The position numbers were made by a program, and so were the translations under genes. Of a stretch of DNA of 64,000 nt, positions 1 to 12,153 are shown one piece after another (the stretch's first letter is position 1; each line of letters starts with the position of its first letter). The stretch covers positions 7,750,001 to 7,814,000 of the forward strand of contig OX597823.1 in assembly GCA_951406725.2 (NCBI GenBank), in the 5' to 3' direction. A model generated the notes under the pieces. That model was not told the DNA's origin and searched no databases. It saw nothing but the letters and a program-made list of their open reading frames with translations. The stretch comes from Octopus vulgaris (taxonomy: Eukaryota).

Positions 1-324
1 TCTGCACCCCCCACCACCATTATAGGTGTCTACTCTTTGAACCCCCTCTTCAATACGCTATTTCACCATGCATTACCCCTCTCTCGATATCCTACGTTCT
101 ACTTGCCTAGAACCTGTCCCCTGAACCACCCCTCCCACTGGTGCTCCCCTATATTTCTGCACCCCCCACCACCATTATAGGTGTCTACTCTTTGAACCCC
201 CCTCTTCAATACGCTATTTCACCATGCATTACCCCTCTCTCGATATCCTACGTTCTACTTGACTAGAACCTGTCCTCTGAACCACCCCTCCCACTGGTGC
301 TCCCCATATTTCTGCACCCCCCCC
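1..324. repeat. Tandem repeat, 155-bp pyrimidine-rich unit, at least 2 copies (may continue left of the window)
   Basis: tctgcacccc... recurs at 1, 156 and 311 with near-identical intervening sequence; runs directly into an RTE 3' tail. Confidence 0.9.
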
Positions 325-570
325 ATAAAAAGCACCATCCGAACGTGGCCGATGCCAGACCCCTCTGGCACCTGTGCAGGTGGCACGTAAAAAACACCCA
401 CTACACTCGCGGAGTGGTTGGCGTTAGGAAGGGCATCCAGCTGTAGAAACACTGCCAGACTAGACTGGAGCCTGGGGCAGTCCCGAGCTCCCCAGACCCC
501 GGTCGAAACCGTCCAACCCGTGCTAGCGCGGAAAACGGACGTTAAACGATGATGATGATGATGATGATGA
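325..570 (+). mobile_element. 5'-truncated RTE-type LINE 3' end with (GAT)n tail
   Basis: Core gagtggttggcgttaggaagggcatccagc...gtccaacccgtgctagc...aaacgatgatgat; a related tail ends the RT-coding remnant at 48800-50280. Confidence 0.8.
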
Positions 571-601
571 TACATATAAGAGAACAAAGAGTACTATGCA
601 G

Positions 602-603
<2 letters not shown>

Positions 604-652
<49 letters not shown>
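604..652. repeat. (TA)n microsatellite
   Basis: Perfect TA run. Confidence 0.95.
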
Positions 653-659
<7 letters not shown>

Positions 660-863
660 AAATACAAAATGGGATAAGAACGCAAAACGGGACAACAAAA
701 GATCCAGATAGACGATACAAAAAAACACAGACAGGTCATTTGAAGCCTTCTATCTTCAGTCAAGAACTGGATCATTCTCGAATCTAATGCTCTTAGCTTA
801 ATTTTTCCTTGGGGCTGGCCAGATTGGAGCAATCTCAAGATTAATCAGCCGAAATTGCGAGGA

Positions 864-1504
864 TTTCTAGCGTGTAGAATTCCTATTAGAGTGGATTCCT
901 TATGTGTTTAAATATACACTATATTGTATGACTAATATATAGTCTTTTTGACTAAATTTTTACAAGTTAGACCACTGGAAATGTAAATTTTAATTAATTT
1001 TCATTTCCCTTTGATATGATTAAATATTGTAAGTTTTTGGATAATTTTTGATTTTAAAAATTGGTGGTTCTTTTTATTGCCGGCGAAGGACTGTGGCTGC
1101 GCAGTAGATTTTGAAAGAGTTAGGATGTATAAACACAGGGCAAGTAGTTTTGATTGTCCCGTGTGTATACGTTTAACCCTAGGTGGAACTGCTGAAGAAG
1201 ATCACACCTAGTGAGTTCCTTGATTCGCTAAAATAAGATCAGAAACCAATTGGTCCAGGAAACTAGATGGTAAAATGTTTTTCATTTTTCAATTTGTTCC
1301 TGTTGAATTTTATCCCAAATTTTTGTGGTTATAGAACCTAGCTGTTCTTTCTAGCATGTAGAATTCCTATAAGTGGATTCCTTATGTGTTTAAATATACA
1401 CTATATTGTATGACTAATATATAGTCTTCTTGACTAATTTTTTACACGTTAGACCACTGGAAATGTAAATTTTAATTAATTTCCATTTCCCTTTGATATG
1501 ATTA
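864..1504 (+). mobile_element. Partial tandem (about 1.3 copies of a 484-bp monomer), retrozyme/Penelope-like
   Basis: 864-1022 is directly repeated at 1348-1504 with few mismatches; a hammerhead-like motif lies between; TA runs nearby on both sides (604-652 and from 1503). Confidence 0.55.
1179..1266 (+). ncRNA. Candidate type I hammerhead ribozyme
   Basis: ctg-CTGAAGA(1192-1198)-a-gatc...gatc-a-GAAA(1242-1245)-ccaattgg-TC(1254-1255)-cag. Stem I ctg/cag extended by ctag pairing; stem II gatc/gatc; palindromic stem III accaattggt. Confidence 0.55.
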
Positions 1505-1550
1505 TATATATATGTATATGTATATATGTATATATTTTTTTTTTTTTTTT

Positions 1551-1947
1551 TTTACTTGTTTCAGTCATTTGACTGCGGCCATGCTGGAGCACCGCCTTTT
1601 AGTCGAGCAAATCGACTCCGGGACTTATTCTTTGTAAGCCCAGTACTTATTCTATCGGTCTCTTTTGCCGAACCACTAAGTGACGGGGACGTAAACACAC
1701 CAGCATTGGTTGTCAAGCAATGCTAGGGGACAAACACAGACACACAAACACACACACACATATACATATATATACATATATACGACAGGCTTCTTTCAGT
1801 TTCCGTCTACCAAATCCACTCACAAGGCATTGGTCGGCCCGGGGCTATAGCAGAAGACACTTGCCCAAGATGCCACGCAGTGGGGACTGAACCCGGAACC
1901 ATGTGGTTGGTTAGCAAGCTACTTACCACACAGCCACTCCTGCGCCT
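1551..1947 (-). mobile_element. tRNA-derived SINE family A, full length
   Basis: Head ggcgcaggagtggctgtgtggtaag (A-box-like) and gggttcagtccc (B-box-like), internal TA/TG tract, tail gactgaaacaagtaaaa; many copies in the window. Confidence 0.85.
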
Positions 1948-1952
1948 ATATG

Positions 1953-2023
<71 letters not shown>

Positions 2024-2026
<3 letters not shown>

Positions 2027-2793
2027 TGGCTGTGTGGTAAGTAGCTTGTCTACCAACCACATGGTTCCGGGTTCAGTCCCACTGCGTGGCACTATGGGCA
2101 AGTGTCTTCTACTATAGCCTCGGGCCGACCAAAGCCTTGTGAGTGGATTTGGTAGACAGAAACTGAATGAAGCCCATCGTCATCATCATCATCATCATCA
2201 TCATCGTTTAGCGTCCGTTTTCCATGCTAGCATGGGTTGGACGGTTCTACTGGGGTCTGTGAAGCCAGAAGGCTTCATCAGGCCCAGTCAAATCTGGCAG
2301 TGTTTCTACGGCTGGATGCTCTTCCTAACGCCAACCACTCCGTGAGTGTAGTGGGTGCTTTTTACGTGCCACCCGCACTGGTGCCAGACAGAGCTGGCAA
2401 ACGGCCACGAATGGATGGTTCCTTTTATGTGCCACCGGCACGAAGGCCAGGCGAGGCTGGCAACGGACACGAAACGGGGCGGTGCTGGCAACGGTCGCGA
2501 AACGGAAAGTTCTCTTACATGCCACCGGCACTGGTAACACATCTGCAATTTCCATTGATCGATTTCGATTCTGATATGCGTGTTTGTGTGTCTGTGTTTG
2601 TCCCCTAGCATTGCTAGACAACCGATGCTGGTGTGTTTATGTCCCCGTTACTTAGCGGTTCGGCAAAACAGACCGATAGAATAAGTACTGGGCTTACAAA
2701 AGAATAAGTCCCGGGGTCTAGTTGTCGATTAAAAGGCGGTGCTCCAGCATGGCCACAGTCAAATGACTGAAACAAGTAAAAGAGTAAAAAGAG
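2024..2793 (+). mobile_element. SINE family A interrupted by an antisense RTE 3' tail (about 2178-2575)
   Basis: SINE head 2024-2180 and SINE 3' half 2576-2793 are separated by (CAT)n plus RTE tail sequence. Confidence 0.85.
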
Positions 2794-2799
2794 TATATA

Positions 2800-4066
2800 G
2801 TGGATTGGCAACTAAGTCATCGCTGTTTTTTTAAATTTTGGAATTTATTGCGTTTTTAAATTTTGGAATCTATTTTTTTCTAGAATTCTATTTTTGAATC
2901 ATTTTGGAATCTATTTTGTTTTTTTTTCTAGTTAATTTTAGTTAATTTTAGTTTATTTTCAGATCATTAAAATGGAATGTCAAGTTAAGAAAAATGAGCA
3001 TTTTTGACACCTCCTTTTTGCTTTTAATCAAGGTTCTAAGGCTACAAAAGCTGCTCACAACATTTGTACTGTGTATGGAGAGGGTGCCACAACTGAAATA
3101 ACCGCTCGTGATTGGTATGCCAAGTTCAAAAATGGAAATTTTGACCTCAAAGATGCACCTCATTCTGGCCATCCCGTAGAGTGTGATGAAGAGTGATTAA
3201 ACCAACTTTTGCACAAAAATTCTCATCAAACAACAAGAGAACTGGCAGAGAAAATGGAATGCTCCCACACTGCTATAGAGAAGCATCCTCACTCGATGGG
3301 AAAGGTTCAGAAGTATGGAGCATGGGTTCCACATGCTTTGAGTGACAACAGCAAAAATCAACGAGCCACAATTTCTGCTGGTTTGCTTGCTCGTCACCGC
3401 TCAACTCATGGACACAAGCAACGATTTCTTTACCGAAACATTACTGGCAATGAAAATATGAATATGAAGCAGCGTAAGGAATGGCTTAGCCCCAGTAAAC
3501 AAGCGACACCGCGCATGAAACAAGATCTTCATCCACGTAAAACGATGTTGTGCGTATGGTGGGACTGGGAAGGGATTATCCATTATGAATTGCTTGAATG
3601 GAACCAAACGGTCAATGCGGAACTCTATGTTCAACAGATAGAATGACTCAACACGGCTATTCAAGAGAAAAAGCCTAATCGGCAGCATGGAGTTTTTCTG
3701 CTGCACGACAACGCCCGCCCTCATATCGCCAATATGACCAAGGAAGCCATTTAAACGCATGGCTAGGAAGTGCTGCCACACCCACCGTACTCTCCTGATT
3801 TGGCACCAATGGATTTCTGCCTCTTTCAATCTCTTTCAAATGCTATGTGCGGAGTTTTGTTCAATACTGATGCAGAACTGAGAGCTTGGCTGGATCAATT
3901 TTTTGAGTCAAAATCAGGTGATTTCTACCAACAAGGTATTGAAAATCTTGTTGAACGTTGGGAATGTTGGGAAGAAGTTGTAAACAACAAGAGTGAATAT
4001 ATTATTGATTAATTATTTTTTATTAAACTTTATAAAAAATCGGCAGGAACTTAGTTGCCAACCCAA
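2800..4066 (+). mobile_element. Mariner transposon, full-length fossil with disrupted transposase
   Basis: TA-flanked TIRs (gtggattggcaactaag / cttagttgccaacccaa); motifs WVPHAL, MLCVWWD, HDNARPH, HPPYSPDLAPMDF across stop codons. Confidence 0.92.
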
Positions 4067-4364
4067 TAAAATTTAAATTTTAAAAATTGGCAGGAACTTA
4101 GTTGCCAACCCAATGTGTGTGTGTGTACACGCATGCACGCACACACACAGCGCATATATATGTTCAGAGTTGGAAACAAAACAGAGAGTACTCAATGTAT
4201 GTAATAGAGTTTTTGTTTATTTGTATATAATCAATGATTCACTCACTGGCTACTCAGTGAATGTGACATGCATGATCGGGTTCTATGGGGCAGAAATAAA
4301 TAAATAGATAGAAGGACAGACAGACTGATAGACAGATTAGTAATAATTATTAAAAATAATTTAC

Positions 4365-4442
4365 CATAGGATCACTGTAGACAACTCCAACTGCAGCGGC
4401 TCCAATTACAAAATGAAAAATCCAGTCTTTGGCCTCATATAT
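4365..4442 (-). CDS. TMEM241: TMEM241-like coding exon 6 (IYEAKDWIFHFVIGAAAVGVVYSDPM); gene continues beyond the left edge
   Basis: ttttatag acceptor, gtaa donor, 78 bp, phase 0/0, in frame with the upstream exons, hydrophobic. Confidence 0.75.
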
Positions 4443-4631
4443 CTATAAAATCAGAGACTTAAATTTAAATCTGATTCAATTAGCTTTTAAAAATTGAATT
4501 GTTGCTTTCAGGATTTGAGAGTAAAAATCTGAAAAGATGCTAGGTTTAAGGTATTGAAACTAAACTGAAAACCATTGAATAAATCTGCCATAATACTAGG
4601 TTTTGCTTAATATTATGGCAAATTTATTCAA

Positions 4632-5007
4632 TGTGCCGGTGGCACATAAGAGAACCATCCGAACGTGGCCGTAGCCAGCACCGCATCGACTGGCCTCCGT
4701 GCTGGTGGCACGTAAAAAACACCATCCGATCGTGGCCGTGCCAGCCCTGCCTGGCCTCCGTGCTGGTGGCACGTAAAATACACCATCCAAGCCTGGCCGT
4801 TCGCCAGCCTTGTCTGGCACCTGTGTCGGTGGCACAAAAAGCACCCACTATACTCATGGAGTGGTTGGCGTTAGGAAGGGCATCCAGCTGTAGAAACACC
4901 GCCAGATCTGACTGGCCTGGTACAGCCTTTGGGCTTCCCAGACCCCAGTTAAACCGTCCAACCCATGCTAGCATGGAAAGCGGACGTTAAACGATGATGA
5001 TGATGAT
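4632..5007 (+). mobile_element. RTE 3' tail with about 60-bp tandem units and (GAT)n
   Basis: Same family as 325-570. Confidence 0.8.
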
Positions 5008-5190
5008 TTCATCAGTTTTATTTTTCAGTCTGATATATCTGATTGCTGGTGAAAATAACTCCTCAAATTAGTTTACTTAACCTGAATATAAAGCATTCTT
5101 TTCTAACTCATAGTTTCATTTTTGTTTTTATAAGCTTCTACTTAGATATCATAGTTGTGTTCTACAACAAAAGCATACTAGGCTTCCATA

Positions 5191-5585
5191 TCTTTATATA
5201 TAAAAGTGAGGTTGTGTGCTGTCTGTCTCCTACGATTTAGATTCCTAACTACTCCCACATTTTGCGGTGCAGTTTAACCAAAACCGGATATCTTATAGTC
5301 GTGATTCATATCGAGCCCTTCTGGGTATTAGCGCGCGTCTACGATGAGTCTACGATTTTAAAAAAAATTTACCATCAATTTTTCCCATTTTTAATGCATT
5401 TTTGGCATATATAAGGGAAGTAATTCTCTAAAAATTTATTATTAAATCTCAGAATGTAAAAAGCTGCAGTAACCCCCCCCTTTGTGGTTAGCCATATTGA
5501 GATGGCTATTATACTTTACATCTCTAAAAATGCTTATATAGTTATTTCCCTTACAAACCCGAGCAACGCCGGGCGATACTGCTAG
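5191..5585 (+). mobile_element. Non-autonomous Helitron, copy 1
   Basis: 5' TC, subterminal hairpin cccgagcaacgccggg, 3' CTAG, inserted between A and T, no TSD. Confidence 0.85.
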
Positions 5586-5903
5586 TTAAATATAAAATAT
5601 TAATTGTTCTAACATAGTCCTTTACATACGAGGCTATAATCAACTGAATCGATATGTGTATATTTATTGTATATATTTTAGTAACCACTGAGATGAATTC
5701 AGCAGTTTGAGAACCAAAGCCTCAATGACTCTCTGAGGAACAGTGGGCAGATTTCACATTCTGAACCGTAAGAAACAACACCAGTATGCATTTCCTCATC
5801 TTTTCAAGAAGTTAGTTACAATTCTCTTCAGATACTTAGGCTTCAGTATTATATTATTGTAAAGTATGTTCTGGAAATAATTTTAAATTTTGTATTGTTA
5901 TGC

Positions 5904-5942
<39 letters not shown>

Positions 5943-6170
5943 TTAACGTCTGTTTTCCGTGCTAGCACGGGTTGGATGGTTTAACCAGGGTCTGGGAAGC
6001 CAGGAGGCAGTACCAGGCTCCAGTCTGATCTGGCAGTGTTTCTACAGCTGGATGCCCTTCCTAATGCCAACCACACCATGAGTGTAGTGGGTGCTTTTTA
6101 CATGCCACCAGCACAGGTGTCAGGGGACGCTGGCAGCGGCCATGATCGGTTGGTGCTTTGTACATGCCAC
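5904..6170 (-). mobile_element. RTE 3' tail
   Basis: (CAT)n followed by the reverse complement of the family core. Confidence 0.8.
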
Positions 6171-6547
6171 AATTTTAATTGCAATATATTTGATATAAAC
6201 ATTTTGTGATTTTGACTGCCTTTGATTTCCTTTTGAGTGAATGCAATCACTGGACAGATTATTCTAGTTACTGATAATTAAATTCACAAATCCTCAGAAT
6301 TTAACAAAATGGTATTTCACCACCAAAGGGAGATAACCACTAAAATTTCATTCAGTAAATATTTTGTAAGGCAAAGCATGATTTACTTGAAAACTGCTCT
6401 CTAGAAATGGATTGTTATTTTTTATGCTTTTCAGATATAGAAACTTTAAGTAAACAGTTGACCTTTTTTTTTATATTGAAATTAAATAAACACAAAAATT
6501 ATGCACCATTTATATATTATAATGGTAAAAAGATGAAATACTCCTAC

Positions 6548-6631
6548 CTTGAAATTCCAATGAAGAACACATATACTTATATGATTAATCAGAGCACAGC
6601 TATTGAGGACTGCTAAGTATGCTGGAATAGA
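6548..6631 (-). CDS. TMEM241: TMEM241-like coding exon 5 (SIPAYLAVLNSCALINHISICVLHWNFK)
   Basis: ttttatag / gtagga splice sites, 84 bp; resembles the AIPVFLTLHN segment of vertebrate TMEM241 (from memory). Confidence 0.82.
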
Positions 6632-6789
6632 CTATAAAATGATAAAATTAATATATTTTGCAACACCACAAAAACACAGTAGCACATCAAAGAAAACGGA
6701 GTTAAAACATGAAGACAAAAAGAAAAAACTGTAAATGTTTAATGACAAAATTTTAAAAAATCAAAAAATCAAAAAAATTAAAAAATTAA

Positions 6790-7155
6790 AAATCAAAATC
6801 AATCAACAAGAATGGAAATTGTTGCTGTGATATCAGTGCTGGTGGCACATAAGAGAACCATCCGATCGTGGCCGTTTGCCAGCCTAGCCTGGCCTCCATG
6901 CCGGTGGCACGTAAAAAGCACCATCCGACCGTGGCCGTTTGCCAGGCTTGTCTGGCACCTGTGCAGGTGGCACATAAAAAGCACTCACTACACTCATGGA
7001 GTGGTTGGCATTAGGAAGGGCATCCAGCCATAGAAACATTGCCAGATCAGACTGGGCCTGGTGCAGCCTTCTGGCTTCCCAGACCCCAGTTGAACTGTCC
7101 AACCCATGCTAGCATGGAAAGCGGACGCTAAACAATGATGATGATGATGATGATT
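6790..7155 (+). mobile_element. RTE 3' tail starting at an (AAAATC)n tract
   Basis: Family core plus (GAT)n. Confidence 0.8.
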
Positions 7156-7759
7156 ACCAATTATTGCATTAAAGGGGATATTTTCAAACAATAAATAATT
7201 CAAGGTAGAGTAGATAAAAAGATAATATCACATAAGCATATTATAAAGTTACTTTTAAAAATAAATACTAACATAAAAGAATATGAAGCTAATTTTCAAG
7301 AGAGTACTTGACTGAATTTTAGTTTGCGGTGTCCTAACAGAAGCTCACTGTTAGGGTTTCGAGAGATGGTTCCATCAAATAATGCAATATCCCATAGTCT
7401 TTTATCACCACTTTGGTATCCTTACTAGCAAATATACAAGTATGAGATGCCACTGATTTACAATAAGGTTTTGCAAGGTGATTAGCATAGTACCCAGCAA
7501 CAAAGTCTGTGATTTTGCTTTTGTTCTCCTTGCTACAATATTTTTTAAAACTGTAAAGATAATCAAGTGCAAAACAAACTCATATCTTCAAGGTACTTCT
7601 CTTTTCTTTTTCCTTATGGCAACAATCAAATGAAATAATTGGTTAGGTAGCTGTTATTTCAATACCTTTTATGCTTGTCAACAATTTTTCAAACCTGGTT
7701 TGTACGAGATAAATTGCTGCTCTAAAGAAGATTCTCTAAATTCTCCAAACTGTCAAAGC

Positions 7760-8190
7760 TCATCACCATCATCATCATCGTTTAACGTCCGTTTTCGATG
7801 CTAGCATGGGTTGGATGGTTTGACCGAGGTCTGGGAAGCCAGGAGGCTGCACCAGGTGCCAGTCTGATCTGGCAGTGTTTCTACAGCTGGATGCCCTTCC
7901 TAACGCCAACCACTCCGTGAGTGTAGTGGGTGCTTTTTACGTGCCACCTGCACAGGTGCCAGGGAAGGCTGGCAACGGCCATGATCGGTTGGTGGTTTTT
8001 ACATGCCACCAACACAGAAGCCAGTCAAGGTGGCGCTGACATCAGTCACATACAGATGATGCTTTTTACGTGCCACCGGCACAGGTGCCAGGGTAGACTG
8101 ACAATGGCCACGGACAGTTGGTGCTGTTTACATGCCACCGGCACGGAAGCCAGTCATGGTGGAGCTGGTATCGGCCACATACAGAAAGTG
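7760..8190 (-). mobile_element. RTE 3' tail
   Basis: (CAT)n plus reverse-complement core and tandem units. Confidence 0.8.
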
Positions 8191-9349
8191 TTTTTTCATA
8201 GTTCAATAATTTCCAAATGGTTTAAAAGTGATCATATAACAGAAACATAAGATGCATCCTACAACAGAAAAATAATCATTCCCAGTTACCAATTGGAATG
8301 AATTAATGGGAAAAGACAAAAGGATCACTCTCCTTCCTCTTTATGTTCTTTGCCAAAAGGACATTTCAACATTGTCCAGAACTCATTCCTCAATCTAAAT
8401 TGCTCTGAAATAAAACACTACTTATTCACTGTCAGCTTTTTCTTCAACAACTCACCCTTAAATACACCAGCTTATCTGGCTTTTTTGTTTACAGGATAAC
8501 CTCCTCACCACAGCAATGCTAACTTCTTAGTTTCTAAAGTCTAGAATCTAAACAAACCTGACACTCATTTAACCATTGAGTGTTATCTTAATATAGAGCT
8601 TGTCTTCATAAAACTCTTTGATTCCCTTCTCTTTCCATACATAGATCTATTCAAATATACACTAAAAAACGTTGAAATATTTAAATGTGCACGTCATACC
8701 CCAAGAAAAAAATTACCTCACTCTTCCAACTTCCAGCTATCTCTCTTATTTTCAACCTGATGGTAAAAGTAATGATCCTAAACTACATTGGAACATTAAA
8801 ATCTCTGACAACAATAATAATAACTAAACTTTTATTTATTATTTTTTGTCAGTCACAATCATCATTATCATCATTTAACGTCCGTTTTCCATGCTATACA
8901 ACATGTCACCCAGAGCAAAACCAGCAGAGGAGTTGGTCCTACAAAGAGTAGTGTTTAGATATGCATGGAGACACCCACATCATTTTGTAACATTTTATAA
9001 TATTTTGAGAAAAAGGAAGGACCAGCATCCATTCAGTTATTCAAAATGCGGATGAGGTTTGGTTGAAACTACCTAATGCACAACGCACAACTCAGTGGGG
9101 AAGAGAAACAAAGGGCAATGGAAGAGAACTCTTAAAATAACATTTCAGTCAATGAAATTTGTGTCACATCTTGGACATCTGTAGGATTGTCAGCTCCTCA
9201 AAGAATGAAGGAAATGGAGATGCAACCAGCACCACAACCTTGCATAGGTCAAAAAGGGAATGACATCCACCTAGGTGAATGGATGACTTTGGATAGGAGC
9301 ATGAGCATTGTGAAGATCTTTATATAAGGAGAGCATGTAGGTGATGTGC

Positions 9350-9697
9350 CAGAGGACATATTTACAAAGTCAGAAAACAGCACAGCTCCCATGACTTCAG
9401 GAAACATTTTTTCACGCTGAGAGTTGCTGAAGCATGGAACAAACTGCCGGAATCAGTTGTTAGTTGTCGGAGCACTGCATCCTTCAAAACTTCCATGCTT
9501 TCTGAGATTCGCCAACACTACACCTGATTTTCTCCCCTCCATACACACACAAGCATGTATCTGACTCATACATTGTTCGCTTTCCAGACATTTCTACATT
9601 ACTGCATGTACTTTATACGCACTTTTGACAAGTTGTGGTGCACCTGAGCACTGTATACAATAATTTCATTATTATTATTAGTAGTAGTAGTAGTAGT
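9350..9697 (+). mobile_element. CR1/L2-like LINE 3' fragment with (ATT)n tail
   Basis: Encodes HDFRKHFFTLRVAEAWNKLP, a typical CR1-group ORF2 C-terminus; related copies at 25270, 33020 and 40360. Confidence 0.75.
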
Positions 9698-10129
9698 AAA
9701 TATATATTTTATTATAACAGATTAATAATATCATCTCTTTGACTATTAGCTAGTATCACCTATCTAGTTGTCACCCAGTGCTCTGTCACCTATCAAGTTG
9801 TTACCCAGTTAAACTTTTACAAAGCTGGAGGTCCTGCAGTTATTCTGATACCTGTTGACTGTTACTAAGTTGCCCCTGAATTGTACATAACTATTCATGG
9901 TGTTTGGAAAGCAACTATTCAGGTAACATATATTATAAACAATGATTTCAAACTAAGTCAAATAATAAGAATAGTAACTGAATATACTTTAGTACATGAC
10001 TAGTGGTTATTTTATCAACCTTGTATAATGAAATCTAACAAAATTCAGACACATGCAACCAATGCAAAAAAAAAAACTTTACTCTTATTGCCGATCTACA
10101 ACCCTTCAAACCATAAATAATTCTTTCTG

Positions 10130-10340
10130 TTATAGTCACAAGGCCTAAAATTTGGGAGGAGGGAGTTAGTCAATTACATCAACCCCAGTGATCCACTGGT
10201 ACTTATTTTATTGAACTTGAAAGGATGAAAGGACAAGCTAACCTCAGTCAAATTTGAACTCAGAATATTAAGAGCCAGAAGAAATGCCACTAAGCATTTT
10301 GCCCAATCTGCTAACAATTCTGCCAGCTGGCCATTTTCCT
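10130..10340 (-). mobile_element. SINE family B (Deu/Nin-like central domain), diverged
   Basis: Reverse complement of ctttcatcctttc...aataaaataagtaccag with a gagttcaaat B-box. Confidence 0.6.
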
Positions 10341-10480
10341 TCAAACCATAAATAATAGAAATAAACAATAATAATGATAATGATGCCAATAAATTATCAT
10401 TAGTGAGTAATAGATTTGCATGTCCAAAATGAAAATATATATATATTAATGTTCATGCAAAAGATATGAACTTGCCTTAA

Positions 10481-10881
10481 TCTTTATATATAAAAGAGAG
10501 GTTGTGTGCTGTCTGTCTCCTACGATTTAGATTCCTAACTACTCCCACATTTTGCGGTGCAGTTTAACCAAAACCGGGTATCTTATAGTCGTGATTCATA
10601 TTGAGCCCTTCTGGGTATTAGCGCGCGTCTACAATGAGTCTACGATTTTAAAAAAATTTACCATCATTTTTTTTCCATTTTAATGCATTTTTTCGCTATT
10701 ATATAAGGGAAGTAACTCTCTAAAAATGTCTACGATGAGTCAACGGTTTAAAAAAAAATTTACTATCATTTTTTTCCCATTTTTAATGCATTTTTTTGCT
10801 ATTTTTTGGCTATAACGCTCTAAAAGTGCTTATATAGTTAGTTCCCTTACAAACCTGAGCAACGCTGGGCGATACTGCTAG
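10481..10881 (+). mobile_element. Non-autonomous Helitron, copy 2 (internal duplication variant)
   Basis: A|TC...hairpin...CTAG|T; the ctacgatgagtc...ttttaatgcattttt block is present twice. Confidence 0.85.
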
Positions 10882-11384
10882 TTACATCTAAAAATCTTAA
10901 GCTAGATGAGAAAGTCTCAAAAATCACTCCATTAAACTGACAATGGTTTATTCTGGCAGTAAAAGTCAGTTGTTGGCTAACTATCAGTTAAATCCGAACT
11001 AATTATGAAGCAAACTATCACAAGATCCGATATTTTGTAAACTTCTTTTAGGCTCTTTGGTTACTGTTTAACTCCAGATAAACATAGTCAAGCAAACTTA
11101 TGACTAAAGACATTCCTGTCATGACCAACCAATATTTTTTGTAAACTTAGAACTATTTTATCCAATATACCCTTTCCTTTTAAACGTGATAGAGTAACAT
11201 TGAAAAAGATACGGTTACTATTTCTAGCAAGTGAGTGAGCACATTGTCACTTCTTCACTGATTCATCTTTGGTCTATATTGTATTACATGGCATGTAGTG
11301 GCAAATTATGTCTGAAATCAACATTACTATCTTAAAAACAAAATCAAAAATTAATTCAAAAGAGAATGATGTTATATTACTTAC

Positions 11385-11466
11385 AATATTTGCTAAAGCT
11401 TTTGAGCCTGAATAAATTGAAATAACAAATAGCATGAACTCAGGCAACCAATATAAAAAGAATTTT
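11385..11466 (-). CDS. TMEM241: TMEM241-like coding exon 4 (KFFLYWLPEFMLFVISIYSGSKALANI)
   Basis: tttttttcag / gtaagt, 82 bp; matches WLPASVLFVGIIYAGSRALSRL of human TMEM241 as recalled. Confidence 0.88.
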
Positions 11467-11602
11467 CTGAAAAAAAGAAATATATACAAATGTGTGTTAT
11501 AAATTATAAAAATAAAAGTTTGTGTATGCATATATGTCTGCATGTATATACATGTTCTTAACGGTCATTGATGGTCTTCCTCAGTCACAAGTTAACAGCC
11601 AG

Positions 11603-11641
<39 letters not shown>

Positions 11642-12153
11642 ATGCTAAGTCCAGGAATGAAGGTTATGATATTACAGCCCAACAAGCTGGGCAACCAGAT
11701 TTCTTTAGGAATTTAGAGTGGACCCTAGAATTAGTGGGACATAAGAAAGGATTTGTGAAGCTAGATGATAGAAAGTAGGGAATGTAAAAGTCTCACAAAC
11801 TTGTTCAGATGCTTCTATCTGTCCGAAAGGTACTGAATAGATTCCTCGAATATTCCAATGTTGAATACGGACAAACTGCTTGGTTATCCAAATCATAACT
11901 AAATAGAGTATTCTGTAGACTAGTAGATAGGGATAGCATAGGTTGTCCACAATTCAAAATTACTACCTACACAGGTCACCAATCTGTGATCTGTGTGGTC
12001 AACCTAGATAGGATCTGTAGGCAAGGACCCTGTAACTGAAAGCTGAATGTGTCACTCTCAGTGCTTTAAGCTTTCAGAAACAGTGTCAACAAAAGAGTTA
12101 AACAAGCATAAACAAAAGGTAGTACAGGTACACCTAAAAAGGCAATTAAAGTA

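Noticed and set aside
653-863. Inverted Penelope-like segment next to the retrozyme-like repeat
   Set aside because: A short inverted match (atcattctcg / cgaggat) and a minus-strand CTGAAGA are suggestive, but no complete ribozyme fold or coding evidence could be built.
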